Shown: piece after piece, positions 50,476 to 63,144 of the stretch
Layout: the number at the start of each line of letters is the position of its first letter
How positions within the stretch are numbered: position 1 is the first letter of the stretch
NCBI RefSeq assembly: GCF_006345805.1
Contig: NC_043013.1
Coordinates: 28,706,001 to 28,770,000 of the forward strand
Direction: 5' to 3'
From: Octopus sinensis
Taxonomy: Eukaryota
DNA: 64,000 nucleotides
Notes under the pieces: model-generated
Database searches by the model: none
The model's input: only the letters and a program-made list of their open reading frames with translations
What the model was told of the DNA's origin: nothing
Program-made: the position numbers and the translations under genes

Positions 50476-51755
50476 TTATATTATTATCAATAAGAATATA
50501 ATATGCCAACTATTTGAAGTCCCATGAAATACCAACTGTATTCAATGTCCTCCCCTCTAGACCAGGTGATTCAATGTGTGTAATATCTGAAAAGTTTCCA
50601 AGCCAATTTCATGCCTGAAAAGACATCAAAGGGATTTGATCAATCCAGTAGACAGAAAATTTCATCTGTCACCGTGCTTCAAACAATGCAGATCTGTTTC
50701 AAGACTGAATAGTTGTTTGAGAGATCAGAGATGGAAAGTCAGAAATGGCAAGCATCTGTGAAACTGGATCAATCACCATGTATTATTATTATCAAGTCAG
50801 CAAGCTAGCAGAATCCTTTCTACTGGATGTACACGGCCTCCAATTTGGGGTAAGGGATTAAGTCAATTACATCGACCCCGGTGCATAACTGGTACTTATT
50901 TAATCGACCCCAAAAGGATGAAAGACAAAGTTGATCCCAGCAGAATTTGAACTCGGAATGTAGCAACAGACGAAATACTACTAAACATTTCGCCTGGTGT
51001 GTTTACAATTCTGCCAGCTTGCTAAAGTAGTAAGCTGGCAGAATCATTAGCATACTGGACACAGTACTTAGCAGCATTTCATCTGTCTCTACATTCTGAG
51101 TTCAAATTTTGCCGAGGTCAGCTTTGCCTTTTGTCCTTTCAGGGTTGATAAAACAAGCACCAGTCAAGCACTGAGGCTGATGTAATCAACTTGTTCTGTC
51201 TCCTAAATTTCGGGCCTTGTGCCTATAGTAGAAAGGATTATTTCATTACTATTATTATTATTATTATTATTATTGTTATTGTTATTATTATTATCTTAGA
51301 GTTATACTAAGCCTGATTGTTTTCACTTTTATTGAGCTCCCAGCTAACCACCTTGTCCACAAGTCATTTCTTCACACATGCACACACACACACACACATA
51401 TGCATATAGATACATAAAGGAGGACTCTATTGGTTACGACAGCGAGGGTCCCAACTGATACACTCAACAGAACAGCTTTTTCATGGAATTAACATGCAAG
51501 TGGCTGAGCATTCCACAGACACGTGTACCCTTAACGTAGTTCTCAGAGAGATACAATGTGACACAGAGTGTGACAAGGCTGGCCCTTTGAAATACAAGTA
51601 CTACTCATTTTTGCCAGCTGAGTGGACTGGAGCAGCATGAAATAAAGCATCTTGCTCAAGGACACAATGCATCACCAGGGATTGAACTCACAACCTTACG
51701 ATTGTGAGCTGAATGCCCTAACCACTAAGCTACACACCTTTATAAATAAATATAT

Positions 51756-51790
<35 letters not shown>

Positions 51791-51803
51791 GCATATATAT
51801 ATA

Positions 51804-52651
51804 CAACTTATAAACAAGGGCAAAAGAAAATTATTTCCATGCCAATATGCTGATAACAGACTTTTAAATCGTCAATTTCCACATATTATTACATACCCAC
51901 TACAGAAATACGTTGTGCTGAAATCGAGGAAAGCTAGCCAACAGAATTTTTTTTAAAAGTTCGTTATTCCTATATTGAATCAATTTTGGAATTAATCTCA
52001 TAGATTTTTTTCCTCTTCAGTAGAAAATACGAATAGAAATAAATGAAATACTTATATGTGCCCATGGAAAAAAAAGCTGAAGCAAAAGTCATGAGTACAC
52101 ATAAGTACCCCAGATATATCTTAATATAAAATCCTTTGGTTAGCCTCAGCACACGTGTGAACTGTTCTCCAACACAGCTTATAGTGGTTACCATTCCCTA
52201 TAGCGAATAGTAATAAATCTACTAGTAATATAGGATGAAGTTTTTTTAGAGAAAAAAATTTCATCAAAAAGTGGCAGCATATTAAAATAGCTTTAAGGGT
52301 TAAAATTATAAACAACTTATAAACAAGGGCAAAAGAAAAATTATTTCCATGCCAATATGCTGATAACACACTTTTAAATCCTTTTAAATTGATTCAATAT
52401 GGAAATATCAAACTTTAAAAAAAATTCTGTTGGCTAGCTTTCCTTGATTTCAGCACAACGTATTTCTTTAGTGGGTATATAATGATATGTGGTAATTGAT
52501 GATTTAAAAGTCAGTTATCAGTATATTGGCATGGAAATAATTTTCCTTTGCCCTTGTTTATAATTTTAACCTTTAAAGGTATTTTAGTATGCTGCCACTT
52601 TTTTGATGAAATTTTTTTTCTCTAAAAAAACTTCATCCTATATTAGTAGTA
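51804..52651. repeat. complex fold-back element (XY..ZX..Y'X'Z')
   Basis: X at 51804-51870 is repeated at 52313-52380; XY is inverted at 52386-52563; Z at 52220-52312 is inverted at 52555-52651. Confidence 0.9.
51967..52027 (-). ncRNA. type I hammerhead-like motif with a full stem III
   Basis: UUUUCUA-CUGAAGA-GGAA(...AAUC UAUGA GAUU AA)UUCC-AAAA-UUG(AUU)CAAU-A-UAGGAA; the only core deviation is G12 to A at a CpG (forward position 51987). Confidence 0.65.
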
Positions 52652-53034
52652 TATATATAGATATTGCTTATGTCATATGAGTTCAGAAACTTCAAGAGAT
52701 ATGGAATAAATCGTTTTAATGGTGGAACTCAAAGTAGATATAACTATAAAAGACAGTAGGTAAAGATTGAGGTCAAAAAAATCCCTTGGATGGGAAAATT
52801 GAAGGGAAGCCTTTAACTTCTCCCATCTAAAGCATTTTTAATATAATAGTTACATGTTGTTATTTATAGTTTAATCTGCTTTAGGTTATATAATTAAAAA
52901 CGATTTATTATATATATATATATAAAATACTTGTGTATATGAATATGCACCCTCCCTGACTTATTCTTCATGAGGTCAAGGTTTATCTATGTTAGTGTTT
53001 ATAAGTACACACACACAATATATATTTATGTGTA

Positions 53035-53185
53035 AGTATGTATGTATGTATGTATGTATGTATGTATGTATGTATGTATGAATGTATGTATGTATGTATG
53101 TATGTATGTATGTATGTATGTATGTATGAATGTATGTAATGTATGTGTATGTATGTATGTATGTATGTATGTATGTGTGTATGTG
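53035..53185. repeat. (TATG)n microsatellite
   Basis: Direct reading of the sequence. Confidence 0.95.
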
Positions 53186-54645
53186 TGTGTTTGTGTGTGA
53201 ATGTACACATGTATGCCTGTGTTTTGGGTTGAGTAAAATTGAAATTGTGCTAACAGATTAAAATTCAGTAAAATATTCTAGAAGACTAAATTTTTTAGAA
53301 TCAAGAATCTTTAAAATTAAAATTAATTTGCTCCTGATTAAATTAATTTTTGGAAATGTATGCAATCCATTTTAGTAAATCTCCAAGACTCTCTCCCACC
53401 AGAACTACCACCACCACCACCACCACTACCTCCATCTACGTCTGTCGACCCCCCATCCCCCCCATCTCTTCCCTTCTTTCTTTATATCATTGCTTTTCAC
53501 TTACCGTATTTCTCTGTATCAATTTGATTCTTCTTTCCCATCGTTTACTCAAATTCTATTAAAATTGTCTTTTTAGTTTTTTTTTTTTTTATTTACTTTC
53601 TTTAAGTGTCCTGACTTTTTTTTTTCCATAAAATTTGTTTTTTCTTCTTCGCTGTTCAGTGGCATCATCTTTTCACACTCTGATGCATATGACCGTGTGC
53701 ACCAGTGTGTGTATATGTATATTATGTATATCTATGTGTGTGTGTGAGTGTGTGTGTGTGTGTATGTGTGTGTGTGTGTACACATATATATATATATGCA
53801 TGTATATATATATATATGTGTACACACACATATACACACATGCGCAAAAATATGCACATAACTGTATGTGTATATATATATATGTATATATGTGTACACA
53901 TGCACACACATATACACATGCACACAAACATGCACATAACTGTAATATGTGTGTGTGTGTAAGGTGGGTTAAGGGTGTATATATATGTGCAAATATATAT
54001 TCATATAGATACATGATATACACACAAATATATGTGTGTATGTATAAATATATATGTGTGAACATGCATGTATGTGTGTGTATGTATATATATATGTGTG
54101 TGTGTCTGTATGTATATATATGTTTTGTGTGGGTATGTGCATGTATGTACATATGTATGAATGTAAGTATGTATGTATATAATTAGTTCTTGTTTTCCAG
54201 TGCACTTTTTGTTTTTGATGTCTAAAAAAAAAATATTTTATTCTAGAACTTTTACCTAATAATTGTAGTAAAACAGCAGAGAAGTGTGGGGGTGGGAGTA
54301 GGGGGAGATTTTATTTGATCAAAATATGTATTTAGAACATTATGCTGTGGGCCACATTCACTTAAACTTTTACACTCTGTTCTTTAATGATCATTATTCT
54401 GTCTAACTTAGTCACTTTCTCTCTCTCTCCTTCTCCCTCTCTCCCCCTCTCTCTCCTTCTCCCTCCCCCCTCTCTCTCTATATATATATATGCATGTCTA
54501 TACCCCTGTCTTTCTCTGTTTCTCATTTCTTGTAAACACTCTGATGCTAAACACATCACATACATTCACTTGTGAATCTGCATCTTTTCACAAATCACAG
54601 TCAGCTTGTCCCTTACAAATATTCAAATTAGTACAGTCTTTTCAA

Positions 54646-54676
<31 letters not shown>

Positions 54677-54701
54677 ACACACACACACACTATATTTATA
54701 T

Positions 54702-54780
<79 letters not shown>

Positions 54781-54838
54781 TGCATATTTTTATATGTATG
54801 TATATAGTGCTAAGAATAGGTAACAAACAGCCTCTTCT

Positions 54839-55022
54839 GGAAGTTACAGCTTGCAATTTGCTTACTCATGTAAACTGCACCTAGCAACCTACCTCTTGTG
54901 GAAGTTGCACCCAGCAATCTGCTATGCTATGGAAATTTTCCCTTGCAGCCTACCTACTGATGGAAACCACACCTAAAGTGCTACACTTTTATGGAAGTTA
55001 TTTCAAGCCTTCTGCCACTTTT
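54839..55022 (+). repeat. degenerate 30-31-bp minisatellite, 6 units
   Basis: Units start at 54839, 54870, 54900, 54931, 54962 and 54993 with GGAAG/GTAAA/GGAAA. Confidence 0.7.
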
Positions 55023-55355
55023 GTAAGCTTTCAGCCCTTCGTAGAAATTGCTTCAAGTCACTTGCCCCCACTGTGCAACCTTCCAGTTCTGGAAAGTTTC
55101 CTCTATATAAGCTGCACCTAGGGACTTACTTATAAAAGTTTTATGGTCAAACTGGCCATATCCAGCCTCTCACACCTATCCTGCAATGTCATTCTCAAAA
55201 TAAGCCATTACATTATCAAGATCTCAAAGCTATGAGATGGTGCAGAATCATTTCAAACAATATGAATGAATAAGAATTACATTTGACAGAATAATAATCT
55301 GAAAGCTTGAAGGATTAAAGATCAGACTTCTTATATTATGTGATAAAGACAATAC

Positions 55356-55515
55356 ATGTATTTATGAGCTACTATAAGTTTCATGTGCTGAAAGCATGTC
55401 AGACAGTGTTTTTTAACATGTCTGGTGTCTTGATTGCTAGGACACCAGACACGTTAAAAAAACACTGTTTGGCATGCTCTCGGCACATGAAACTAATAGT
55501 AGCACATAAAAACAT
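55356..55515. repeat. 160-bp fold-back element
   Basis: ~77-bp arms, ~5-nt loop, mismatches mostly transitions, one indel. Confidence 0.9.
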
Positions 55516-56488
55516 AAACTGTGTTTATTAAATAATATTTATTTCTTACCAGATGGAGAACAGTTTTGTTGATCTTACCATCAGAGAACACTACACTGTA
55601 TACATATATATATATACATATATACCTACAGATAGATGGATGGATGGATTGATGGACGGACGGACAGATGTGTGTGTGTGTTTGTTGCTTTTTATTTTGA
55701 TGTAGCATGATAGTTGTAAACAATTGTCACTGTCATATGAGTAGTGTCACTCATTTCCAATATTCTCTGAGAACATTTCTGGCCATGGGAATATATTACC
55801 TTGCTTGGAAAGCAGGTATGGGTTGGTGAGAGCAAGGATATCTGGCTACAAAAGATCTGCCTTTATGAGCTCTAACACATATGGCAAGCTGGAAGGTCCA
55901 GTCTGATTTGGCATGGTTTCTGTGGCTGGATGCCCTTCTTAATGCCAACCACTCCGAGAGTGTAATAGGTTCTTTTACATGACACAGGCACAGGTGCCAT
56001 TGGCGTGGCACTGTGATTTTGCCATGACTGTGATTTTGCTTGGCTTTATCGGTCTTCTTCTAATATGTCTATCATCATCATCATCATCATCATCAACCTT
56101 TAACATCCGTTTCCCATGCCAACCCTGGTCAAACCATCCAACCCATGCCAGCATGGACAATGCACGTGAAATGATGATGATGATGATGATGATGATGATA
56201 ATGATAATGATTATAGATACAAATATACATAAGTGAGTAAACAAACAAAAGAAATTGGCACTCTTGACAAGAGTTACATATATTTTTTTTAAATAACAGT
56301 TTGACACAGCTAAGTCAAACGGTTATTGGAAATATATACACATAAAATGCAGAAAGGATTATAATCCAAGCTGTGCCCTCATGAAGCACATCTGCATAAT
56401 CCGGCTATCAAATGTATGTATGAAACATTTGCAACTGCCATCAGTTCCAGTCTTTATTTTAGTATATATTTGTGCATGCATTTGTTTG

Positions 56489-56530
<42 letters not shown>

Positions 56531-57106
56531 CAGAGAAAGCAGAAAGAGAGAGAGAGATACACATACATACATACATACACACACACAAACACACACACAC
56601 ACACATGTACATAATACACACAAATACAGTAGGAATATATGTAAGCAATATAAATAGTTTTTTGATCAGTAGAATTCAATCGACCTTTCTTTTTTTTTGT
56701 ATTTTCTCTTTACCTTTTTTCCTTTTTTTAATTTTTTTTTTTTAATCCTTAGCTAAATTGCAAAAGAAACCTTACGGAAGTTATTATCTTTGTCCTTTAT
56801 AGCAAATATATGAAGCTATATCTAGAACTGCTTCAAAAACAGCCACAGTCACCAGAACAAAACCAGGGAATAATCTTAATTGGAATAATGGACTTAGTTT
56901 AACTTGTTTACATTACCTGTGGGGGTGGGGGGTGTTTTGTATTAGGATTGTATAAAGTAGATATGAGTGTATATATATGTATATATGTACATATACACCC
57001 ATATATGTATATAATATATGTTTATGTGTATGTGTGTGTATGCATAGATGTACATATGCAGCCATCATCATCATCATCATCATCATCTTCATCATCATCA
57101 TCATCA

Positions 57107-57109
<3 letters not shown>

Positions 57110-57164
<55 letters not shown>

Positions 57165-57425
57165 TATATATCTATATATATTGTAATATATATATGTATA
57201 TATGTATTTATATATATGTATATATGTATATATGTATATATGTATTTATATATGTATATATATGTATATATGTATGTATATATATATGTATATATATATA
57301 TATATATATGTATGTATATATCTACGTAATAATGTATTATATATATGTACATATGTATTTATATATATGTATATATATGTATGTACATATGTATTTATAT
57401 ATATGTATATATATGTATATATGTA

Positions 57426-57457
<32 letters not shown>

Positions 57458-57630
57458 TATGTATTTATATCTATGTATATATATGTATATATATATATGT
57501 TATATATGTATTTATATATGTAGATATTATTTATGTATGTATATATATGTATATATATGTATATATGTATGTATATATATGTATATATATGTATATATGT
57601 ATGTATATATATGTATATATATATATATAT

Positions 57631-57664
<34 letters not shown>

Positions 57665-57845
57665 ATATGTATGTATATATCTACGTATATATATGTATAT
57701 ATATTATATGTACATATGTATTTATATATATGTATATATATGTATGTACATATGTATTTATATATATGTATATATATGTATATATGTATGTATGTATATA
57801 TATATATATATATATATATAAATATATATGTGCATATATATAAAT
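57110..57845. repeat. long compound (TA)n/(TATG)n microsatellite
   Basis: Direct reading; similar tracts at 61810-62085 and 63005-63145. Confidence 0.95.
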
Positions 57846-58324
57846 ATATATGCACATATGCACCCATGTACATACATATATATATGCATACACACATAGT
57901 GACCTCCAGATATATATATGCATGTATATGTGTGTGAGTGTGTGTGTACACATACACACATGCGCATGCACGCACACATTAGCGTATATATAAACATAAG
58001 TTCACTGTGTGTGCGTGTTTTTCGTGCTTTCTTCCTGATTTGACTGAATGTTTTTTTCCCCCTTCTGTGTTGTTCTAGGCAAGGAATAATTTTAAAACTG
58101 TCTTTTATTTTATCTTATTTTTCTTATTTACACACACACACACCCACACATGTATATGTTGATCAAGTCAATTATTATTCCTCACTTTAAGATATTGTTG
58201 GAGCCAGCCAATTATTTTCGTTTATTGCGTTTAAAAAAAAATGAAATGGGATGGTTTCATAGTCCATACACTCCATCATACTCTATCTCACAATAGGTTT
58301 TTACCTCTTATAAGATACAGTACT

Positions 58325-58333
58325 ACTTATCTG

Positions 58334-58392
<59 letters not shown>

Positions 58393-58445
58393 GTCTATCT
58401 GTCTATCTGTCTGTCTATCTATCTATCTATCTATCTGTCTGTCTA

Positions 58446-58495
<50 letters not shown>

Positions 58496-58540
58496 ATCTA
58501 TCTATCTATCTATCTGTCTGTCTATCTATTTATATATCTG

Positions 58541-58577
<37 letters not shown>

Positions 58578-58588
58578 CTATCTGTCTG

Positions 58589-58635
<47 letters not shown>

Positions 58636-58664
58636 GTCTGTCTATCTGTCTGTCTGTCTATCTG

Positions 58665-58706
<42 letters not shown>

Positions 58707-58739
58707 CTATCTATCTATCTATTCTATCTATCTATCTCG

Positions 58740-58821
<82 letters not shown>
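58325..58821. repeat. (CTAT)n/(CTGT)n/(CT)n/(TA)n compound microsatellite
   Basis: Direct reading; explains the 223-aa YLSI-repeat ORF. Confidence 0.95.
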
Positions 58822-58824
<3 letters not shown>

Positions 58825-58903
58825 GCCTGCCTACCTGTTTCCCCTCCTCTGTGTGTGTGTGTGTCCTCCGTCTTCTTTTTCTCTTGGACTTTCCTCTGTC
58901 TCC

Positions 58904-58940
58904 TGTTTCTGAAGAAGAGCTTTGCTTGAAACGTAAAGCA
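58904..58940 (+). ncRNA. minimal hammerhead-like motif, best-preserved canonical core
   Basis: UGUUU-CUGAAGA-A-GAGC(UUU)GCUU-GAAA-CGU-A-AAGCA; ACGU palindromic stem III, GUA cleavage triplet. Confidence 0.65.
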
Positions 58941-59058
58941 CCCTTTCATTCCTACCCTGAGTGTCATATTAATATTTTGCATGTACCATGTCCTTCCATT
59001 GTTGTTTTTTTCTTCGTTTTGGGAGGATTAATTTATATATATATATATATATATATAC

Positions 59059-59270
59059 AAGGTCTGATCAATAAGTATCCTGACTGTTGCCATAGTAATG
59101 AAGCTAAAGCACGCAGAGTGAAGCCGCTCTGCAGAGATTGACCTTGAACTTTGCTGTGTATGTGCACTAAGTTTTAATGTTCCAGCTCATTTTCACTGTT
59201 TACAGCAGTGCTTGGAAGGAAGGTGTGTAGTGTGTGATTGTTGCATTGATCATGACTGGATTGATCAAGG
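59059..59270 (+). mobile_element. mariner 5' end remnant
   Basis: TA-CAAGGTCTGATCAATAAGTATCC, a mariner-type TIR directly after a (TA)n tract. Confidence 0.5.
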
Positions 59271-60411
59271 TCTTTTGAGTGGATTTAGCATATGGAAACT
59301 GAAAGAAGCCCATTGTATGTGTGTGTGTGTTGTTGTGTTTGTGATTGTCCTCCACCACTGCTTGGCCTCTGGTGTTGGTTTGTTTATATCCTTGTAACCT
59401 AGTAATTCACCAAAAGAGACTGATAGAATAATTACCAGGTTTTAAAATAGCACTGGGATCGATTTGTTAATCCTTCAAAGTGGTGCCCCAGCATGGCCAC
59501 AATCCAATGACAGACACAAATAAAAGAGAAAAGATTTCATCAACTCCTGGAGGATCCACAACAAAGTTGATCTCAGTTAACCTCAGAAAATGAAGGAAGG
59601 AGATATATTTTAACACCACAAGGCACTTTGTCACTTTACTAATTCTGACATCAGCTGCATTTAATATGTTTCAAAAACAAGGGAGGAATCTATGCAACAG
59701 ATGACTTGTGGATATACTGGAAAATTTCTGTACAGATCTCAATAATCATCATCATCATCATTGTTCGACCGTGGTCGAGACTTTCATAGTCTTTTCAAAT
59801 GGCTAATAATGTGTGCGCGTGCCACTACTACACACATATATTTTATTTTTATATACACACATGCACACGCACACATACACACATGTACATACACGCACAC
59901 ACATACACACATACTCACATGTACATGCATGCACATACACACATACATGCACACACACACACCACACACACACACACATGAATGCACACACAATAAACAT
60001 AACACAAAAATAAACTATGTTTTTGCTTATTAGAATATTTTTGAAAAATGAGTTATTGACATGTTTTCAATATGGTACACTTGAAAGTAAATCTGCTTCC
60101 AATACGAGAAATAAGAAAATAAGGGGACAAACAGACACACTAATCGACAGGTGTGTAAGGTGGATGGATAGAGAATGATATAGAGAGGTAAAGAGTAGGT
60201 TTTAATGAATATGTGAGAAAAAAAGAGAGAGAAATGCTCACACACACACACACACATAAAGAGAAAGAGAGAGAGAGAGAGAGACAATGCTTGTCTGAAT
60301 TTTAAATAAAGTATTGAAGGAAGATTAATAATGGTAATGGTAATAATGGTAAATAGGAAAGAAAACCGAGTTTCCATGTAGAACAAATATATATGTATAC
60401 ACACAACTGTA

Positions 60412-60448
<37 letters not shown>

Positions 60449-60829
60449 TATACATACATTTATTAATTCTGCAAAAAAAATAACAAACGTTACTCAGAGT
60501 TTCACATACCTGTTTGTCTGACAGGTGTGACGAAAACTCTTTCGCGGCTTTAATAAAAGCACATTACTCTACCTTTGGTATTTGAGTACAATTTTTTTTC
60601 ACTGTGTTTTGCACTCATGTGCTCACCTGAGTGTGTGTGTGTGTATATATATATATGGTGGTTGCCCCCTCGTTATTGAATATGGCCATTGCATGAAGCT
60701 TAATCAATGTTGTTATTGTGCAATGGCTGTGCAAGATTTTTTTTTTAAGTGAGGAAAGGCTGTGCACTGAGTCAATCCCACTCACTAAGCAACAGCAGTC
60801 ATAATCCGAAAAGAAGAACAAGTCAACAT

Positions 60830-61155
60830 CATCGGTAACCACTGAGCCGCAGGTTTTATGTCGGAGTTATCCCAGTTACCTGAGTTACCTTCTCCTAGAA
60901 GGATGCCCTAACAAAAGCTAGGAGTCCTTCACTCCCAATGGTTTAACCACATGATCGGGTATTCAGTCCAATTATTTCTATGTCCCTGCGCATAATACAG
61001 CCTTAAGACATTTATTGGATGGCCGTTGACTCTCAAGAGTTCCTCCGCCCTTTGACGGGTTTTGTTTTTCATCCCGCAGGGTGTCCAATGAACACCCTCC
61101 TCACCAAGCAAGCTTGGTGGGGTTGCTGGTTTAGTCGCCGACGACCTGACCATAC
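60830..61155 (-). mobile_element. possible RTE LINE 5' UTR remnant
   Basis: GC-rich island containing TTACCTTCTCCTAGAAGGATGCCC and two hairpins; resemblance to RTE 5' UTRs is from memory only. Confidence 0.35.
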
Positions 61156-61946
61156 AACAGATTGTACTGGGTTACATACATACATTTTTAATAATATTAT
61201 GTATACAGTTTATATAAGTCAGATGAGGGTATCAGTCTGACGAATTCAAACAGTATACATAATACAAAAGACAGTGAGCTGGCAGAAAGGTTAGCATGCT
61301 GTGAGAAATGCTTGGCGGTATTTCGTTTGTCATTATGTTCTGATTTCAAATTCCACTGAGGTCAACTTTGCCTTTCATCCTTTCGGGGTTGATAAATTAA
61401 GTACCTGTTGCATACTGGGGTCGATCTAATCAACTGGCCCCTCTCCCCCAAAATTTCGGGCCTTGTGCCTAAAATAGAAAAGTATGCATAATACAAATAA
61501 TAACTCATTTCAGAAATCTAGAATTAAATTTTTAATAATTATTTAATACAGCAAGCATAATTTATAAAGGTTTAATCCATAATTGTTAATCCAAAGAAAT
61601 TTATTTTGTTTTGCCCATGTCTCTTCTGGAACTGTTGTCGGACAAATAATTATAGATCAGGAATACTTTTATTCACTCTCAGAATTATCTTTGAGTTCTT
61701 TATTCTAAGTGGTTGAGCTTGTCAGCCCCTGGAATATATATGCATGCATTCACATATATGTGTGTGTGTGTGTATACATACATACATACATACATACACA
61801 CACGCACACTATATATATATATATATATAAGTATATATATATATGTATATGTATTATATATGTATATAATATATATGTATGTATATATGTGTGTGTGTAT
61901 ATATGTATATATATGTATATGTATTATATATATATATATAAATGTG

Positions 61947-62025
<79 letters not shown>

Positions 62026-62055
62026 AATGTATATATATATATATATATGTATGTT

Positions 62056-62087
<32 letters not shown>

Positions 62088-62998
62088 ATTTAATATAGTG
62101 TATTTTTAAAAGAACTGTTCATCATTTGAACAACATTGTTTCATTGTGTAGCATAATTAAATTTGTAATTATTTCTAGATTTCATTAAGTTTGGTTTTTT
62201 TTTTTTTAATCTCTCTTATATCTCCCTCTTTATGAACATAAATCAATTTATATATTTATCCCGGATTGTTGAGTGAACTTCTGCTGATAGTCCCGTTGGC
62301 TTGTTAACTCCCAGTTCTTTAAAGTTCTAACTTGTCTATTTTAGCTCATTACATATTTTGTTATTGGCGGTGGTGGTGGTGGTGGTTGTGGTGAGATACG
62401 TAATAGTCTTAGTTGTGGTGATAGTGGTGGTGGTGGTGACGATGTATATAGTTGTAGTAGTAGCAGTAGTGGTGAGGTTATGATGACATGTAATTGTAGT
62501 AGTGATGGTAATGGTAGCATTAGTAGTGGCAGTAAGAGTAGCAGATGTATGGAAAATAACGAGGGATCATATGCTTGTGTATAATTTAACCTTTTTTTTT
62601 TTGTCCCCATATTTCTGTTGAAATACACTGTTTGTTTCAATTAATTTTGGAAATAACGAAGAACTTTTAAAATAACTTTGCCATTATTAAGCTGGTGTTT
62701 AGAACATAAATTAAGATGAAAGCTTGATGGAAGGTTTTAATTTAAATCACTTTGAATGAGAAAGTTTATGTCATAGAATCAGTAGTGGTGGTGGAGTAGT
62801 GGTATTATCAGAAGTGTTGGTGCACGCATGGCCAAATGGTTAAGAAGTGCATTTTGAAATTGGTTTGGCAAAAGAGACAGATAGAATAAGTACTAGGCTT
62901 ACAAAGAATAAGTCCTAGGGTCAATTTGCTCGACTAAAGGCGGTACTCCAGCATGGCCACAGTCAAATGACTGAAACAAATAAAAGAATAGAAAAATG

Positions 62999-63043
<45 letters not shown>

Positions 63044-63144
63044 TATATTATATATATATTATATATATATATATATACATACATGCAAACATACATATAT
63101 ATGTATGTGTAAATATATATACACATATATGTACATATATATAT

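Noticed and set aside
51844-51887. AAUAUG-CUGAUAA...CAUAUU resembling a hammerhead
   Set aside because: No GAAA after the putative stem II in either the direct or the inverted copy.
60496-60540. 45-bp hairpin ending GACGAAAACTCT
   Set aside because: A simple imperfect palindrome with no ribozyme core; similar small hairpins (881-936, 56292-56327) are not distinguishable from background.
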